DNA from: Nitrospirota bacterium
Lineage (GTDB): Bacteria > Nitrospirota > JACRHJ01
Direction: 5' to 3'
Assembly (NCBI GenBank): GCA_021789495.1
Contig: JAJYJM010000007.1
Location: 10,230 to 74,229, forward strand
Length of the DNA: 64,000 nucleotides
The translations under genes and the position numbers were made by a program. This document shows, piece after piece, positions 1 through 9,462 of this stretch. A model generated the notes under the pieces. That model worked only from the letters and a program-made list of their open reading frames with translations. It made no database searches and was not told where the DNA came from. Numbering within the stretch: position 1 is the first letter of the stretch; each line of letters starts with the position of its first letter.

Positions 1-156
1 TTCGCGGATAACCCCGATGCAGCGAGCAGGATGGGAGAAAACGGAGTCAAGGCTGTGATGGCAAGATACAACTGGGAGAAAGAAGAGGAGAAGCTGCTTG
101 CGCTTTACGGCAAAATCCTGGATTCAAAAACCCGGGGGAGGCGCTGTCATGCCTGA
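1..156 (+). CDS. 3' end of a glycosyltransferase (GT4-like C-terminus), partial at window start
   Basis: Frame-1 translation ...MGENGVKAVMARYNWEKEEEKLLALYGKIL... ends at TGA 154-156; resembles the C-terminal tail of GT1/GT4 enzymes. Confidence 0.5.
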   Translation, partial: FADNPDAASRMGENGVKAVMARYNWEKEEEKLLALYGKILDSKTRGRRCHA

Positions 157-1189
157 TATATCCCCTTTTGTCAGCATAATCCTGCCTTGCCGGAACGAAG
201 AAAAGTTCATCGCAGGGTGTCTTGATTCTATAATCTCATCAGATTATCCCAGGGAGAGGCTGGAGGCGCTCGTCGTAGACGGCATGAGCGAGGACGGCAC
301 AAGGGGAATCATCGCCCGTTACACCGAACACCACAAGTTCATCAGGATGCTGGAAAACAAAAAGAAAATAACGCCATGCGCATTCAACATTGGCATCAAA
401 AATGCCCGGGGGGATATTATAATCATAATGGGCGTACATGCGGTCTATTCAGAGGATTATATATCCAAGTGCGTGAAGTATCTCCGCGATTATAACGCGG
501 ACAACGTCGGGGGCGTTATGATTACAGCCCCAAGAGAAAACACTCTTAAGGGCAAGGCTATCGCGCAGGCCCTGTCGCATAGATTCGGGGTCGGAAATTC
601 AACATTCAGGACGGGGGTCAGGGAACCGGTATTCGTCGATACCGTATTCGGAGGGTGCTATAAAAAAGAGGTCTTCAAGCGAATAGGTCTTTTTAATGAG
701 CGGCTCGCCCGAAGCCAGGACATCGAGTTTAACATGAGGTTGAGCAAGTCCGGTGGACGGATATTACTCATGCCTGACGTTGTCTGCAGTTATTACGCAC
801 ATTCGGACTTCATGCCACTTCTGCGGCACAATTGGACAAACGGCGTTTGGGCTATGCTTCCTTTGGCGGACAGCCCGATAATGCCGGTTTCATGGCGGCA
901 CTTCGTCCCGTTGGCCTTTATATCGACCCTTATATGCTCCGCGCTCTTTTCCCTGTTCTTGCCGGTATTCGTGGATTTATTGTTATTTGTGTCGAGTTGT
1001 TACCTTCTGGCCGCATTTTATTTTTCATACAAGATTAGTCTGGACCGGAAAGACATGCGATTCCTCCTTATCGAGCCAATGGTATTCGCATCCCTGCACA
1101 TTTCTTACGGCCTTGGGTCGCTATGGGGAGCAATGCGGCTTTTAAGTTTGAAGCGGTTCTGGAAGGACCGCGTTTTCAAAAACTTGTAA
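149..1189 (+). CDS. GT2-family polyprenyl-phosphate glycosyltransferase with C-terminal TM helices (ArnC-like)
   Basis: ORF 98..1189 begins at a TTG. The first ATG at 149 gives MPDISPFVSIILPCRNEE... (GT2 N-terminal motif) with DGMSEDG. The C-terminal third is hydrophobic helices. The alternative start is 98. Confidence 0.8.
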   Translation: MPDISPFVSIILPCRNEEKFIAGCLDSIISSDYPRERLEALVVDGMSEDGTRGIIARYTEHHKFIRMLENKKKITPCAFNIGIKNARGDIIIIMGVHAVYSEDYISKCVKYLRDYNADNVGGVMITAPRENTLKGKAIAQALSHRFGVGNSTFRTGVREPVFVDTVFGGCYKKEVFKRIGLFNERLARSQDIEFNMRLSKSGGRILLMPDVVCSYYAHSDFMPLLRHNWTNGVWAMLPLADSPIMPVSWRHFVPLAFISTLICSALFSLFLPVFVDLLLFVSSCYLLAAFYFSYKISLDRKDMRFLLIEPMVFASLHISYGLGSLWGAMRLLSLKRFWKDRVFKNL

Positions 1190-1201
1190 TTATTCAATCC
1201 C

Positions 1202-2383
1202 ATGCATAAACCAATTTCCATAGCCAGGTATGAGACAACCTTCGCGCAGATGCTTGGCGTTTCACATGCCTTCTCGTTTTATAAAGGCCGGGTGGCGCTT
1301 TATGCAATCCTAAGGGCCATGGGCGTACGAGAAGGCGATATGGTAATATTCCCGGGGCTCACCTGTATAATGGTGCCCAATGCCGCGATTTACATGGGCG
1401 CAAAACCTGTTTACGTGGATATAGAGCCTGGAAGCTTCAATATCGACCCGCTCAAGCTCGAAGGTCTCATCAGGAGCATGAGCGCTGCGGAAATAAAACG
1501 CATTAAGGCTATAGTCGCGCAGCATACCTTCGGGATACCAGTGGACATGAATGCTATAAACGATATTGCCAAGAAATACGATATACCGTTGGTGGAAGAC
1601 TGCGCTCACTCGCTTGGCTCACGTTATAATAGACAGCTTACGGGACGGATTGGCATCGCATCATTTTTTTCATCGCAATGGTCGAAACCGTATTCCACCG
1701 GATTAGGCGGCATGGCAGTGACTGACGACCCTTTAATCGGTAAAAAACTTGAGGCAATCCAGATGGACTTTCAGACTCCGGGTACGCTCGAAAACGTGAT
1801 TTTATCATTTCAGATGAGCCTGCACAGACGCCTTTTTTCGCCAAAATTATATTGGAAATCGATGATGGCGCTCCGTAAACTTTCTGCCGCCGGACTTTTC
1901 ATAGGCTCATCGTCAAGAGATGAGCACAAGAGCATGAAACCTCGCGGATATGAAAAAACAATGGGCGAAAACCAGGCGGAGGCCGGGCTCGCCGCGCTTG
2001 CATCCATAACGGAGGATATCGCGCACAGGAGACGGATGGCAGAATTTTACGAATCAGAAATAGGGAGCCGTAATGCCACGGTAAAGATTGCAGAGGGCAT
2101 GGAACCGGTTTTCCTCAGGTACCCTGTGATCGTGAATAATAAAGACTTTGTCCTACGGGAGGCCAAGCGGAGAAGCGCCGAGGTCGGCAGTTGGTTTGAA
2201 TCAGTACTGCATCCGGAGACCAGGAACCTTGAAAAGGCAGGATACATCAAAGGCTCGTGCCCCGCGGGCGAAGAGGTGGCGCGAACGGTGGTAAACCTTC
2301 CGACCCATCCGCGCGTAACTATTCAGGACGCAGAAAAGTCAATATCGATAGTGCGGCCTTTTGTAAAAAAACTTATGCCATGA
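1202..2383 (+). CDS. DegT/DnrJ/EryC1/StrS-family PLP aminotransferase (ArnB-like sugar aminotransferase)
   Basis: 393-aa ORF with an ATG start; its similarity pattern matches the DegT aminotransferase family. Confidence 0.8.
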   Translation: MHKPISIARYETTFAQMLGVSHAFSFYKGRVALYAILRAMGVREGDMVIFPGLTCIMVPNAAIYMGAKPVYVDIEPGSFNIDPLKLEGLIRSMSAAEIKRIKAIVAQHTFGIPVDMNAINDIAKKYDIPLVEDCAHSLGSRYNRQLTGRIGIASFFSSQWSKPYSTGLGGMAVTDDPLIGKKLEAIQMDFQTPGTLENVILSFQMSLHRRLFSPKLYWKSMMALRKLSAAGLFIGSSSRDEHKSMKPRGYEKTMGENQAEAGLAALASITEDIAHRRRMAEFYESEIGSRNATVKIAEGMEPVFLRYPVIVNNKDFVLREAKRRSAEVGSWFESVLHPETRNLEKAGYIKGSCPAGEEVARTVVNLPTHPRVTIQDAEKSISIVRPFVKKLMP

Positions 2384-2407
2384 AAATCCGGGCTGTCCAA
2401 TTTACTG

Positions 2408-2785
2408 TCAGTTACCCTTTTTCATCTTTTCCCGCCGTTCTTTCCACTTAACGACGAGCTTATCAAAACTCTGCCTCTGCTCAGGGCGGAGTACTGACCT
2501 TATCTTGGCCTGCGCATCGGTCAATATCGACTCAATCTTTGGCTGGTCTTCCAGCCGCATCGCGCGCATCTGGTTATGGGCGTCGTTGACGATTACCTCC
2601 ACCTGGGCCCGCTGGCCGGCATCCAGGTCAAGCTTGCGGCTAAGTTTCCTGACAACCTCTTCCCTGGAAGGCGGCCTTCCCCAGGGCCTGCACTGCCGCA
2701 TCACCGCGGTGCTTATTATTCCTCCGGCTATAGCGCCAAGGATGAATATAAAGATAATACCCAGGACTGCTTTCCACCTTTTCAT
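2408..2785 (-). CDS. Membrane-anchored Spy/CpxP-family (LTXXQ) periplasmic protein
   Basis: Internal ATG at 2785 gives MKRWKAVLGIIFIFILGAIAGG (TM) followed by two LxxxQR motifs. The ATGA junction overlaps the upstream anti-sigma stop. Confidence 0.7.
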   Translation of the reverse strand: MKRWKAVLGIIFIFILGAIAGGIISTAVMRQCRPWGRPPSREEVVRKLSRKLDLDAGQRAQVEVIVNDAHNQMRAMRLEDQPKIESILTDAQAKIRSVLRPEQRQSFDKLVVKWKERREKMKKGN

Positions 2786-3081
2786 CTTCTGTCTCCCATG
2801 AGGCTGCTCAAGTACATGGTCTGTTCGTAATTGGCCGTCAGGGCGGTGCGCATGTCGATAGTGGGCGTAAACAGATAGTACCACCCTCCCAGTATCATGA
2901 CCAACACCGTGAATACCGGCACAAGCCTCCATGTCCAGGTAAACCATACCGTCCTAGCCTCGCGCTCCGCCCGGAGTCTTGCCAGCACCCGCGTCTCCAG
3001 CCCTCTCTCGATGCCTGCCATATCAGGCTCCATCATCCGCGCCAGTTTAAAAAGCTCGTCGATTTTGTCCTTCACGTTCAT
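2782..3081 (-). CDS. Anti-sigma factor (single-pass membrane protein) of the adjacent ECF sigma
   Basis: 99-aa ORF with one TM segment, translationally coupled (ATGA overlap) to the ECF sigma gene upstream. Confidence 0.6.
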   Translation of the reverse strand: MNVKDKIDELFKLARMMEPDMAGIERGLETRVLARLRAEREARTVWFTWTWRLVPVFTVLVMILGGWYYLFTPTIDMRTALTANYEQTMYLSSLMGDRR

Positions 3082-3644
3082 ACCTCATCATTTACGCAAA
3101 GTATTTTTTTCAACGCCTTACGCGCCCGGAACGCCCTGACTTTTATATTTGACTCAGAAAGCCCGGTAATAACCGCAATTTCCTTCACAGGTCTTTCCTC
3201 AAGTTCCAGCAGGGTAATAACTACACGCTCCATAGGCTTCAGCTTTGCAAGGGCCTTGTCGAGCATCTCTTTTGCCTGCAAGGCCTCTAATTTCTTCCCT
3301 TCGTCCGCCGGCACGCTCAGGTTATATTCCACGTCCTCAATCGGCACGTCCCGGCTGACATTCTTTTTCTTTCGCAGGAAGTCGTAACATGCGCTTATAG
3401 CAACCTTTGTCAGCCAATGCTCGAAAGGCGCTTCCTTCCTGTATCCGCCCAGGTTCCGGTATATTTTTATAAAAATATCCTGGGATATATCGTCAAGCTC
3501 TCCTCTGTCTTTGGCATACCGGGAGGCAAGCCTCAGCACCTTTCGCTTATGCCTTCTGACAAGCTCACCGAAAGCCTCGTCCTCGCCGGACGTGGCCGAC
3601 TCCACAAGACTCTCGTCCGGCAGTTCTTCCAGGGAAATGTTCAT
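3078..3644 (-). CDS. ECF-family sigma-70 factor
   Basis: Region 2 (DISQDIFIKIYRNLGGY...FEHWL) and region 4 (VVITLLELEERPVKEIAVITGLSESNIKVRAFRARKAL) are present. Start is the ATG at 3644 (MNISLEEL). Confidence 0.9.
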   Translation of the reverse strand: MNISLEELPDESLVESATSGEDEAFGELVRRHKRKVLRLASRYAKDRGELDDISQDIFIKIYRNLGGYRKEAPFEHWLTKVAISACYDFLRKKKNVSRDVPIEDVEYNLSVPADEGKKLEALQAKEMLDKALAKLKPMERVVITLLELEERPVKEIAVITGLSESNIKVRAFRARKALKKILCVNDEV

Positions 3645-3660
3645 TCCACTATTATAACGC

Positions 3661-5013
3661 TTATCTCCCTGGATGACCGCCAAAACTATGCCCGCCTCCG
3701 CTGAAACCATGCCCGCCGCTAAAACCACCGCCAAACGACTTTGGCGCACTGAACGACCTTGCAGGCGCACTGAACGACCTCGGCGGTGCGCTGAACGACC
3801 TCGGCGGTGCGCTGAACGACCTCGGCGGTGCGCTGAACGACCTGCCCTGTCTGAACGTCCCGAATGTTCTGCTTTCTCTTATGGCTGGCCTGTTAAACGT
3901 CCTCCGGATATTGGGAGCGCCAAACCGACCTGTAATATTCTCCGGCCTTCTCCAAGGAATACTGCCCGAAACTCCCGGCCTGCTAAAGCTCCTGAAAGAC
4001 CTCGCGGGCACAGAACCATTGCGGAAACCCTGCGACGGCCTCAAATTCCTTCCAAATATCGGCGCGCCGGGCGTACCTGGACGGCTTATGCTCCTGTTAA
4101 ATATCCTCTCCGCGCTCCTGCCGTTAAAACGGCCCAACTGCCTGCCTTGCCTGAAGCCGGTGTTGCCCGTTATCCTCTGTCCGCGCAAAACCGCCCTTGA
4201 TACCGGAGCAAAGGAACTCGCCCCTATCGGCCTGAAGGCAGTCCGGACAAGAGGCTGCTTGGAGACCGGATCCAACGGGACAGCATGACTTGTGACCGGG
4301 TCGATAACGTGGCTGCTCACTTGTCTGTCTCCGCGCAACAGCCACCTGTGATACCTGTAGAACCGGAAATCGTCCCTGTCTATGAACGTGGAGCGGCTAT
4401 AGGTTACGAACGTAAAGTCGAAGTCCGAAAGGACATAGTAGCCGGGGAACCAGAACCCGCCGCACCAGAACGGGAACGGGTCCCAGAGATACAGGTATGC
4501 GAAATCCGGCGGCGGAGCATAGTATGTGACAATGGGAGGGCCTTCATCGTAGTAGTAATTGTTTATCACCGCAGGCTCCGTATAGGCCTCATCGCCGGCA
4601 TATTGCTCCCCCGTTCCAGCCTGTGTAATCTCGATGCCTATGTTGCTGTTCAACGCGGCAAAGGCCTGATCCGCGTCCTCCTTGTTCATTGGAAGCTTCC
4701 CCGCATCGGCGGCGGCGTCAATAGCCGTCTGCAACTGGGCTATAATATCCGGAGTGACCGGGAAATTGGAGATCCAGCCGCTTTTCGGGGCTATGCCTAT
4801 GTTGGCAAGGGCGGTTTCGGCATCGATTTCCTTCTCCTGCGGGCCGATTTTGAGCGTTTGAACCAGCTCAATGGCGTAATCGCCTTCCCTTACAACCTGT
4901 TGGCCCACGGAAGGAACGTTTTTGGAGCCTGAGGTATAATTCGAAGCAACGGCCAGCGAGGGCGAAATGAGGAATAATGTGGCCGTAATTATTGATAAAA
5001 ACAGCCTTTTCAT
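3661..5013 (-). CDS. Secreted protein with signal peptide, an aromatic-rich core and a C-terminal RSFSAPP tandem-repeat / Gly-rich tail
   Basis: N-terminal MKRLFLSIITATLFLISPSLAVA. The C-terminus has RSFSAPP x5 then GGGFSGGHGF. It is immediately upstream of the ECF sigma on the same strand. Confidence 0.7.
   Translation of the reverse strand: MKRLFLSIITATLFLISPSLAVASNYTSGSKNVPSVGQQVVREGDYAIELVQTLKIGPQEKEIDAETALANIGIAPKSGWISNFPVTPDIIAQLQTAIDAAADAGKLPMNKEDADQAFAALNSNIGIEITQAGTGEQYAGDEAYTEPAVINNYYYDEGPPIVTYYAPPPDFAYLYLWDPFPFWCGGFWFPGYYVLSDFDFTFVTYSRSTFIDRDDFRFYRYHRWLLRGDRQVSSHVIDPVTSHAVPLDPVSKQPLVRTAFRPIGASSFAPVSRAVLRGQRITGNTGFRQGRQLGRFNGRSAERIFNRSISRPGTPGAPIFGRNLRPSQGFRNGSVPARSFRSFSRPGVSGSIPWRRPENITGRFGAPNIRRTFNRPAIRESRTFGTFRQGRSFSAPPRSFSAPPRSFSAPPRSFSAPARSFSAPKSFGGGFSGGHGFSGGGHSFGGHPGR
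3745..3860. repeat. 21-bp tandem repeat (about 5 units, GGTGCGCTGAACGACCTCGGC) inside the secreted-protein CDS
   Basis: Direct reading of near-perfect 21-nt units; they encode the heptad RSFSAPP on the minus strand. Confidence 0.9.
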
Positions 5014-5109
5014 AATTACCTCTTTTCTCCTCTTATTGAGGATATTTCTATTTCTTTTAACTATGTAGACGGTCAGGCGGGAGGTATGGTTACAGAAAAC
5101 AGAACGGGT

Positions 5110-6564
5110 TCAGGAGGGCGGGTTTAACGGTTTCCCCTTGAATAGCTGAAACTTGCCGTATTCATGGACCAGGCTCAGGCGTTCCTTAAGGTATTCCGGC
5201 AGCCTATCCCCTTTTTGAAAAACAAAGAAGTTGTCCGAGCCGGGTTGAAGGAATGCTTCGGCGGCTTTTAAATTCGGGACCAGTATTGCCTTGCCGCCCG
5301 AATAGAATCCGGCGGAATACGGTTTGTTGAAAAGATACACAAGCTTACTGTTCGGGCTGGGGCGGTTGTGGTAATACGCCTCCACTTCATCCTTCTGACA
5401 TTTAAACGCCTGAAGCGGTCTTCCAAAAACCACTATCGCAGTAAAACAAATCGGAAGCAGCAGGCCGGCAGAGAGCATCAGACGTCTTACACGCTTGTCG
5501 TCATGGTCTTTGCTTATTATTTCCCCAAGCAGGAGCGAAAAAGCGGGGATTCCAGGCAGGACATATGTCCAGATAATGTTGCCCGCGAGCGTAAAAAATA
5601 TCATCGGAGTCAACGCCCAGAGGAGCAGATAAGAACCCCATCCGTCATTTGCGATGCCGGAAGCTCTCGTTTTGTCTTTTAAAAGCGCCCTTATGAAAAT
5701 TACGCCCCAGGGAAGCGTCGCGGCCAGCCAGTAAAGCCATATGGCGCCCCTGAAAGTGGGATGGGCATAACCGTATTTGTCGCCGTGCCAGTTGCTGTCC
5801 ACGAACCGCAGGATATGCTCCCCTATGAGAAAATACTTAAGGAAGCCAGGCGAGTATATTTCCGCGGCGATATACCAGGGGACGGCGATGGCAAGCATCA
5901 AGATACTGCCCTTGATCCACGGAATGCCGCCCCAGGTCTCCCTCACCTTTTTCTTCCATATTACCCATATCCCTATCGGGAACATCGTCAGGACGACCGC
6001 CACAGGCCCCTTTGCCAGAAGACCGATGCCAAGGGCTATGAAAAAAACATATGCCCAAACCTGCTTTTTATCCGTGCCGGAGACAGCGTTCCAAAATGCC
6101 GCCATCGCCAGGGTCGTCGAAAACACAAGCGACGGATCCGTCATCACTCCGCCGCTGATGATAAAGAAAACAGGGGTAGTCCAAAGCACTATCGATGAGG
6201 TGAGGGCGCAATCCCTCCCGCCCCTCTTCACGGCAAGCGCATAAACCACCCAGAACATCCCAAGAGAATACAGAAAGGACGGCAGTCTCACCGCGAATTC
6301 GTTTATTCCGAAAAGCAGCATTGTTACTGCGGAAGACCATGTCGAAAGAGGCGGCTTCGCCCAGAACGGCACGCCGTAATGATACTGCGGCATGACCCAT
6401 ATCCCGGTTTCAACCATCTTCCGGGCTATCTCGGCATAGCGGGATTCCGTATCGTCGAACAGCGGGTAAAAACCCATTGTTATCAATCTGATAACTATTG
6501 CAATAATTAATATTGCCGTCAGCAGCCCGGCCCGGTTGCCGAGTATTTTTTTCATTAAACGCAT
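5110..6564 (-). CDS. ArnT/PMT-family (GT83/GT39) polytopic membrane glycosyltransferase
   Basis: 484-aa multi-TM protein with the N-terminal ...FDDTESRYAEIARKMVETGIW... motif typical of ArnT-like 4-amino-L-arabinose/mannose transferases. Confidence 0.8.
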   Translation of the reverse strand: MRLMKKILGNRAGLLTAILIIAIVIRLITMGFYPLFDDTESRYAEIARKMVETGIWVMPQYHYGVPFWAKPPLSTWSSAVTMLLFGINEFAVRLPSFLYSLGMFWVVYALAVKRGGRDCALTSSIVLWTTPVFFIISGGVMTDPSLVFSTTLAMAAFWNAVSGTDKKQVWAYVFFIALGIGLLAKGPVAVVLTMFPIGIWVIWKKKVRETWGGIPWIKGSILMLAIAVPWYIAAEIYSPGFLKYFLIGEHILRFVDSNWHGDKYGYAHPTFRGAIWLYWLAATLPWGVIFIRALLKDKTRASGIANDGWGSYLLLWALTPMIFFTLAGNIIWTYVLPGIPAFSLLLGEIISKDHDDKRVRRLMLSAGLLLPICFTAIVVFGRPLQAFKCQKDEVEAYYHNRPSPNSKLVYLFNKPYSAGFYSGGKAILVPNLKAAEAFLQPGSDNFFVFQKGDRLPEYLKERLSLVHEYGKFQLFKGKPLNPPS

Positions 6565-6718
6565 GGCGTCATTCTACACTGATTCAAGGCGCGCTTCAAT
6601 AATAAAAGCGCCCCGAAATAACTTAAAAAACATGCCTCCGCCGCCCTGTCCCCGGATACGCAAAAACCGCCTCAGGCGCCATAAAGAGCCCTGTAATCCG
6701 CCCGGCGATAAAAACCTG

Positions 6719-6746
6719 TTGCCACAATCCCGTGTTGTGTTAAAAT
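6719..6746 (+). promoter_or_regulatory. Candidate sigma-70 promoter (TTGCCA-16-TAAAAT) for the NYN-hisS operon
   Basis: Hexamers read directly, about 45 nt upstream of the ATG at 6789. Confidence 0.4.
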
Positions 6747-6788
6747 ACCTTCCTGATTTCTCCAATTTAACGATTAAAGGGTAAAATT

Positions 6789-7652
6789 ATGTCGTCTTTT
6801 GCAAAGGTGGGCGTATTCGTAGATAACGAAAACATTCGGCGTAACGGCGGGTTCGGAATGAGATACGACATCCTCAGGAACTTCGCCTGCCGGGGAAACG
6901 CGGAACCTATCCGCCTGAACGCATACGTGTCCTTCGACAGGCGCCGCGCCGAGAAGGACGGCGACTACAGGATAAACATAAACAAATTCTTTTCATCTAT
7001 CCGGGACACGGGCTTCAAGGTCATCGAAAAGGAAGTGAAGTGGTTTACGAATGAAGACGGCACCGAGTTCGGGAAGGCTAACGCAGACCTCGACATGGCC
7101 GTGGACGCGCTCCTTCAGTCCGAGAACCTTGAGAGGGTTATCATGGCCACCGGCGACGGCGACTTCGTGCAGGTCGTCCGGGCGCTCCAGAACAAGGGCT
7201 GCAGGGTGGAGGTAATCGCCTTCGATAACGTCTCCCAGGAGCTCAGGCGCGAGTGCGACATGTTCGTATCAGGATATTTGATTCCGGATCTCCTGCCGGT
7301 AAAAGACCGGCGCGACCCGGCACGAGTCGGTTCAGGCGGAAGACCAGGCTGGGGCGAGGTAGGCTCAAGGGTGCGGGGGACGTGCTATTTCTACAAGCAG
7401 GACGACAGCTTCGGATTTATGAAATTCCAGAAGAAGATAGGAGAGATATGCATCGTGGACAGCCGCGAAAAGGAGTCTCCCTACAACACGATTTATTTTA
7501 ATAAAGCGGCCCTGCAGAACAATTTCGACCTCTCCGAGCTGCCCAGCCGCAACTACGTCTTCGAGTTCACGATTAAAGAGAAGTCAATCCGGGGCGAGAC
7601 GAAACCCGTAGCCGACGAGATAGACCTGCTGTACAAATACAGCAATATATAA
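6789..7652 (+). CDS. NYN (LabA-like PIN-fold) domain protein fused to a C-terminal cold-shock-like domain
   Basis: N-terminal VGVFVDNENI...MATGDGDF (NYN signature). The C-terminal GTCYFYKQDDSFGFMKF...IVDS resembles the CSD RNP motifs. Confidence 0.7.
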   Translation: MSSFAKVGVFVDNENIRRNGGFGMRYDILRNFACRGNAEPIRLNAYVSFDRRRAEKDGDYRININKFFSSIRDTGFKVIEKEVKWFTNEDGTEFGKANADLDMAVDALLQSENLERVIMATGDGDFVQVVRALQNKGCRVEVIAFDNVSQELRRECDMFVSGYLIPDLLPVKDRRDPARVGSGGRPGWGEVGSRVRGTCYFYKQDDSFGFMKFQKKIGEICIVDSREKESPYNTIYFNKAALQNNFDLSELPSRNYVFEFTIKEKSIRGETKPVADEIDLLYKYSNI

Positions 7653-7656
7653 AACT

Positions 7657-8958
7657 ATGCTTACTCAGGCCATAAAAGGCGTTAAGGACGTACTCCCGGA
7701 GGACTCAGTCAAGTGGCGGCATCTTGAGGGTGTTGTCCGGAAGCTGTTCTCCGACTACGGGTTCTCGGAAATCCGCACGCCGATAATCGAGCATACAATC
7801 CTCTTCGCCCGGAGCATCGGCGCAACGTCCGACATCGTCGAGAAGGAGATGTACGCCTTCAAGGACCAGGGCGGAGACGAAATCACCCTGCGCCCCGAAG
7901 GCACGGCTGGCGTCGTGCGGGCGTATGTAGAGCATAAGCTCTTCGCCTCCCGGTCCGTTACTAAGGTATATTACATGGGGCCGATGTTCCGGCGGGAGCG
8001 TCCGCAGGCGGGGCGGCTTCGGCAATTCCATCAAATAGGTGTCGAAGCCCTCGGAGTATCAGAGCCTGGGATTGACGTGGACATCCTGGCGGCGCTTGTC
8101 GAGCTCTTCAGCCGACTGAAGGTGCAGGGCGTGGAGTTGCATATCAATTCCCTGGGATGCAGGGATTGCCGGGCGGCGTATAAAATCGCGCTTAAGAACT
8201 TCCTGACGGGGAAAATAGATTCACTCTGCCCTGATTGCCAGAGGCGGGTCGAGACCAATCCCCTGCGTGCGCTGGACTGCAAATCGGAGCATTGCGAGGC
8301 CGCCACAGCCGATGCGCCGATGATGTTGGAATACCTTGACAGCGATTGCCGGGCGCATTTCGAAAGCGTGAAGCAGGGCCTCGACGACCTTGGGATAAGG
8401 TATGTCATAAATCCCAGGATGGTTCGCGGACTCGATTACTACACCCGCACGACCTTCGAGATGATAGCCGTGGACAAGAAAGGCGCGCAGAACGCCGTCG
8501 CCGCAGGCGGGAGATACGACAGCCTCGTGGAAGAGATCGGCGGTCCGCCCACTCCGGGGATAGGTTTCGCCATTGGAGTCGAACGCCTGCTGCTTATGCT
8601 CCCGGAGGCGGGAGACAGCGCGCCGCTGCCGAAGGTATATATTGCGGCAATCGGCGGCGAAGCGGCAAGATTCGGGCAGAAACTCGCGGACGCCCTCAGG
8701 AAGTGCGGAATCTCCGCGGAGCGAGATTACTCGCCCGGAGGACTGAGAAACCAGATGAAAAAGGCCGACCGCTCCGGTGCGGCATACACTGTAATCATCG
8801 GCGAGGACGAGATGACAAAGGGCGCGGCCATCCTCCGCGACATGAAGACGAGAGAGCAGTCGGAAGTGAAACTCGACGAAATGGTGGAAGAAATAAAAAA
8901 ACGTGTCGCGGCCTTTTCCACGGACGCAAACAACGAGCACGGGACACGGTTCTTATGA
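7657..8958 (+). CDS. hisS: Histidine--tRNA ligase
   Basis: 433 aa with class II aaRS HisRS motifs (…ITLRPEGTAGVVRAY…, GGRYD). Confidence 0.95.
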   Translation: MLTQAIKGVKDVLPEDSVKWRHLEGVVRKLFSDYGFSEIRTPIIEHTILFARSIGATSDIVEKEMYAFKDQGGDEITLRPEGTAGVVRAYVEHKLFASRSVTKVYYMGPMFRRERPQAGRLRQFHQIGVEALGVSEPGIDVDILAALVELFSRLKVQGVELHINSLGCRDCRAAYKIALKNFLTGKIDSLCPDCQRRVETNPLRALDCKSEHCEAATADAPMMLEYLDSDCRAHFESVKQGLDDLGIRYVINPRMVRGLDYYTRTTFEMIAVDKKGAQNAVAAGGRYDSLVEEIGGPPTPGIGFAIGVERLLLMLPEAGDSAPLPKVYIAAIGGEAARFGQKLADALRKCGISAERDYSPGGLRNQMKKADRSGAAYTVIIGEDEMTKGAAILRDMKTREQSEVKLDEMVEEIKKRVAAFSTDANNEHGTRFL

Positions 8959-9461
8959 AAATTATCTGCATCTCGGACACCCACATCGAAAACGGCAATA
9001 AAAAACTTCCAGACGTCCTTATCCGCGCGCTGGAAGGCGCCGACCTTATCCTACATGCCGGGGACATAACCTCTTTGGACGTCATAGATGAACTGAAAGC
9101 CTATGCGCCCGTCGAGGCCGTGGCGGGGAACATGGATGGATTCGACGTCGCCGAAAAGCTCCCTGAGAAGACGATAATCCAGGCAGGTAATTTCCGTATC
9201 GGTCTTATTCACGGCGGAGGCAGCGTCCGGGATCTGGAAGAGCGGGTGGTCAGGAAGTTTAAAAACGACAACGTGGACTGCATCGTCTACGGGCATTCGC
9301 ACAGGGCGAATGTCGAGCGGCGGCCAGTCGACCGGCTTCAGGGAAAGAGCGTCCTGCTCGTGAATCCCGGAAGCCCCACGGACCGTGTTCATACGACGGA
9401 AAACTCATACGCCGTGATTACGGCTGACGAAGGACTCAACGCGGAGATAATAAAGATATAG
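8955..9461 (+). CDS. YfcE/MJ0936-family metallophosphoesterase
   Basis: MKIICISDTHIENG...HAGD...GNMD...GHSHR motifs; ATGA overlap with the hisS stop. Confidence 0.85.
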   Translation: MKIICISDTHIENGNKKLPDVLIRALEGADLILHAGDITSLDVIDELKAYAPVEAVAGNMDGFDVAEKLPEKTIIQAGNFRIGLIHGGGSVRDLEERVVRKFKNDNVDCIVYGHSHRANVERRPVDRLQGKSVLLVNPGSPTDRVHTTENSYAVITADEGLNAEIIKI

Positions 9462-9462
9462 C

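Noticed and set aside
98-148. TTG-initiated 5' extension of the GT2 gene (ORF-track start 98), and similar non-ATG first codons reported by the ORF track (for example 61395, 30702)
   Set aside because: Internal ATGs give canonical N-termini (MPDISPFVSIILPC…, MGKIGFTT…, the GTG for S12) with less overlap on upstream genes. These were kept as alternatives only.
3745-3860. Possible CRISPR array
   Set aside because: The repeats are 21 bp, contiguous with no spacers, and lie in frame inside a CDS (RSFSAPP heptads). There is no CRISPR anywhere in the window.
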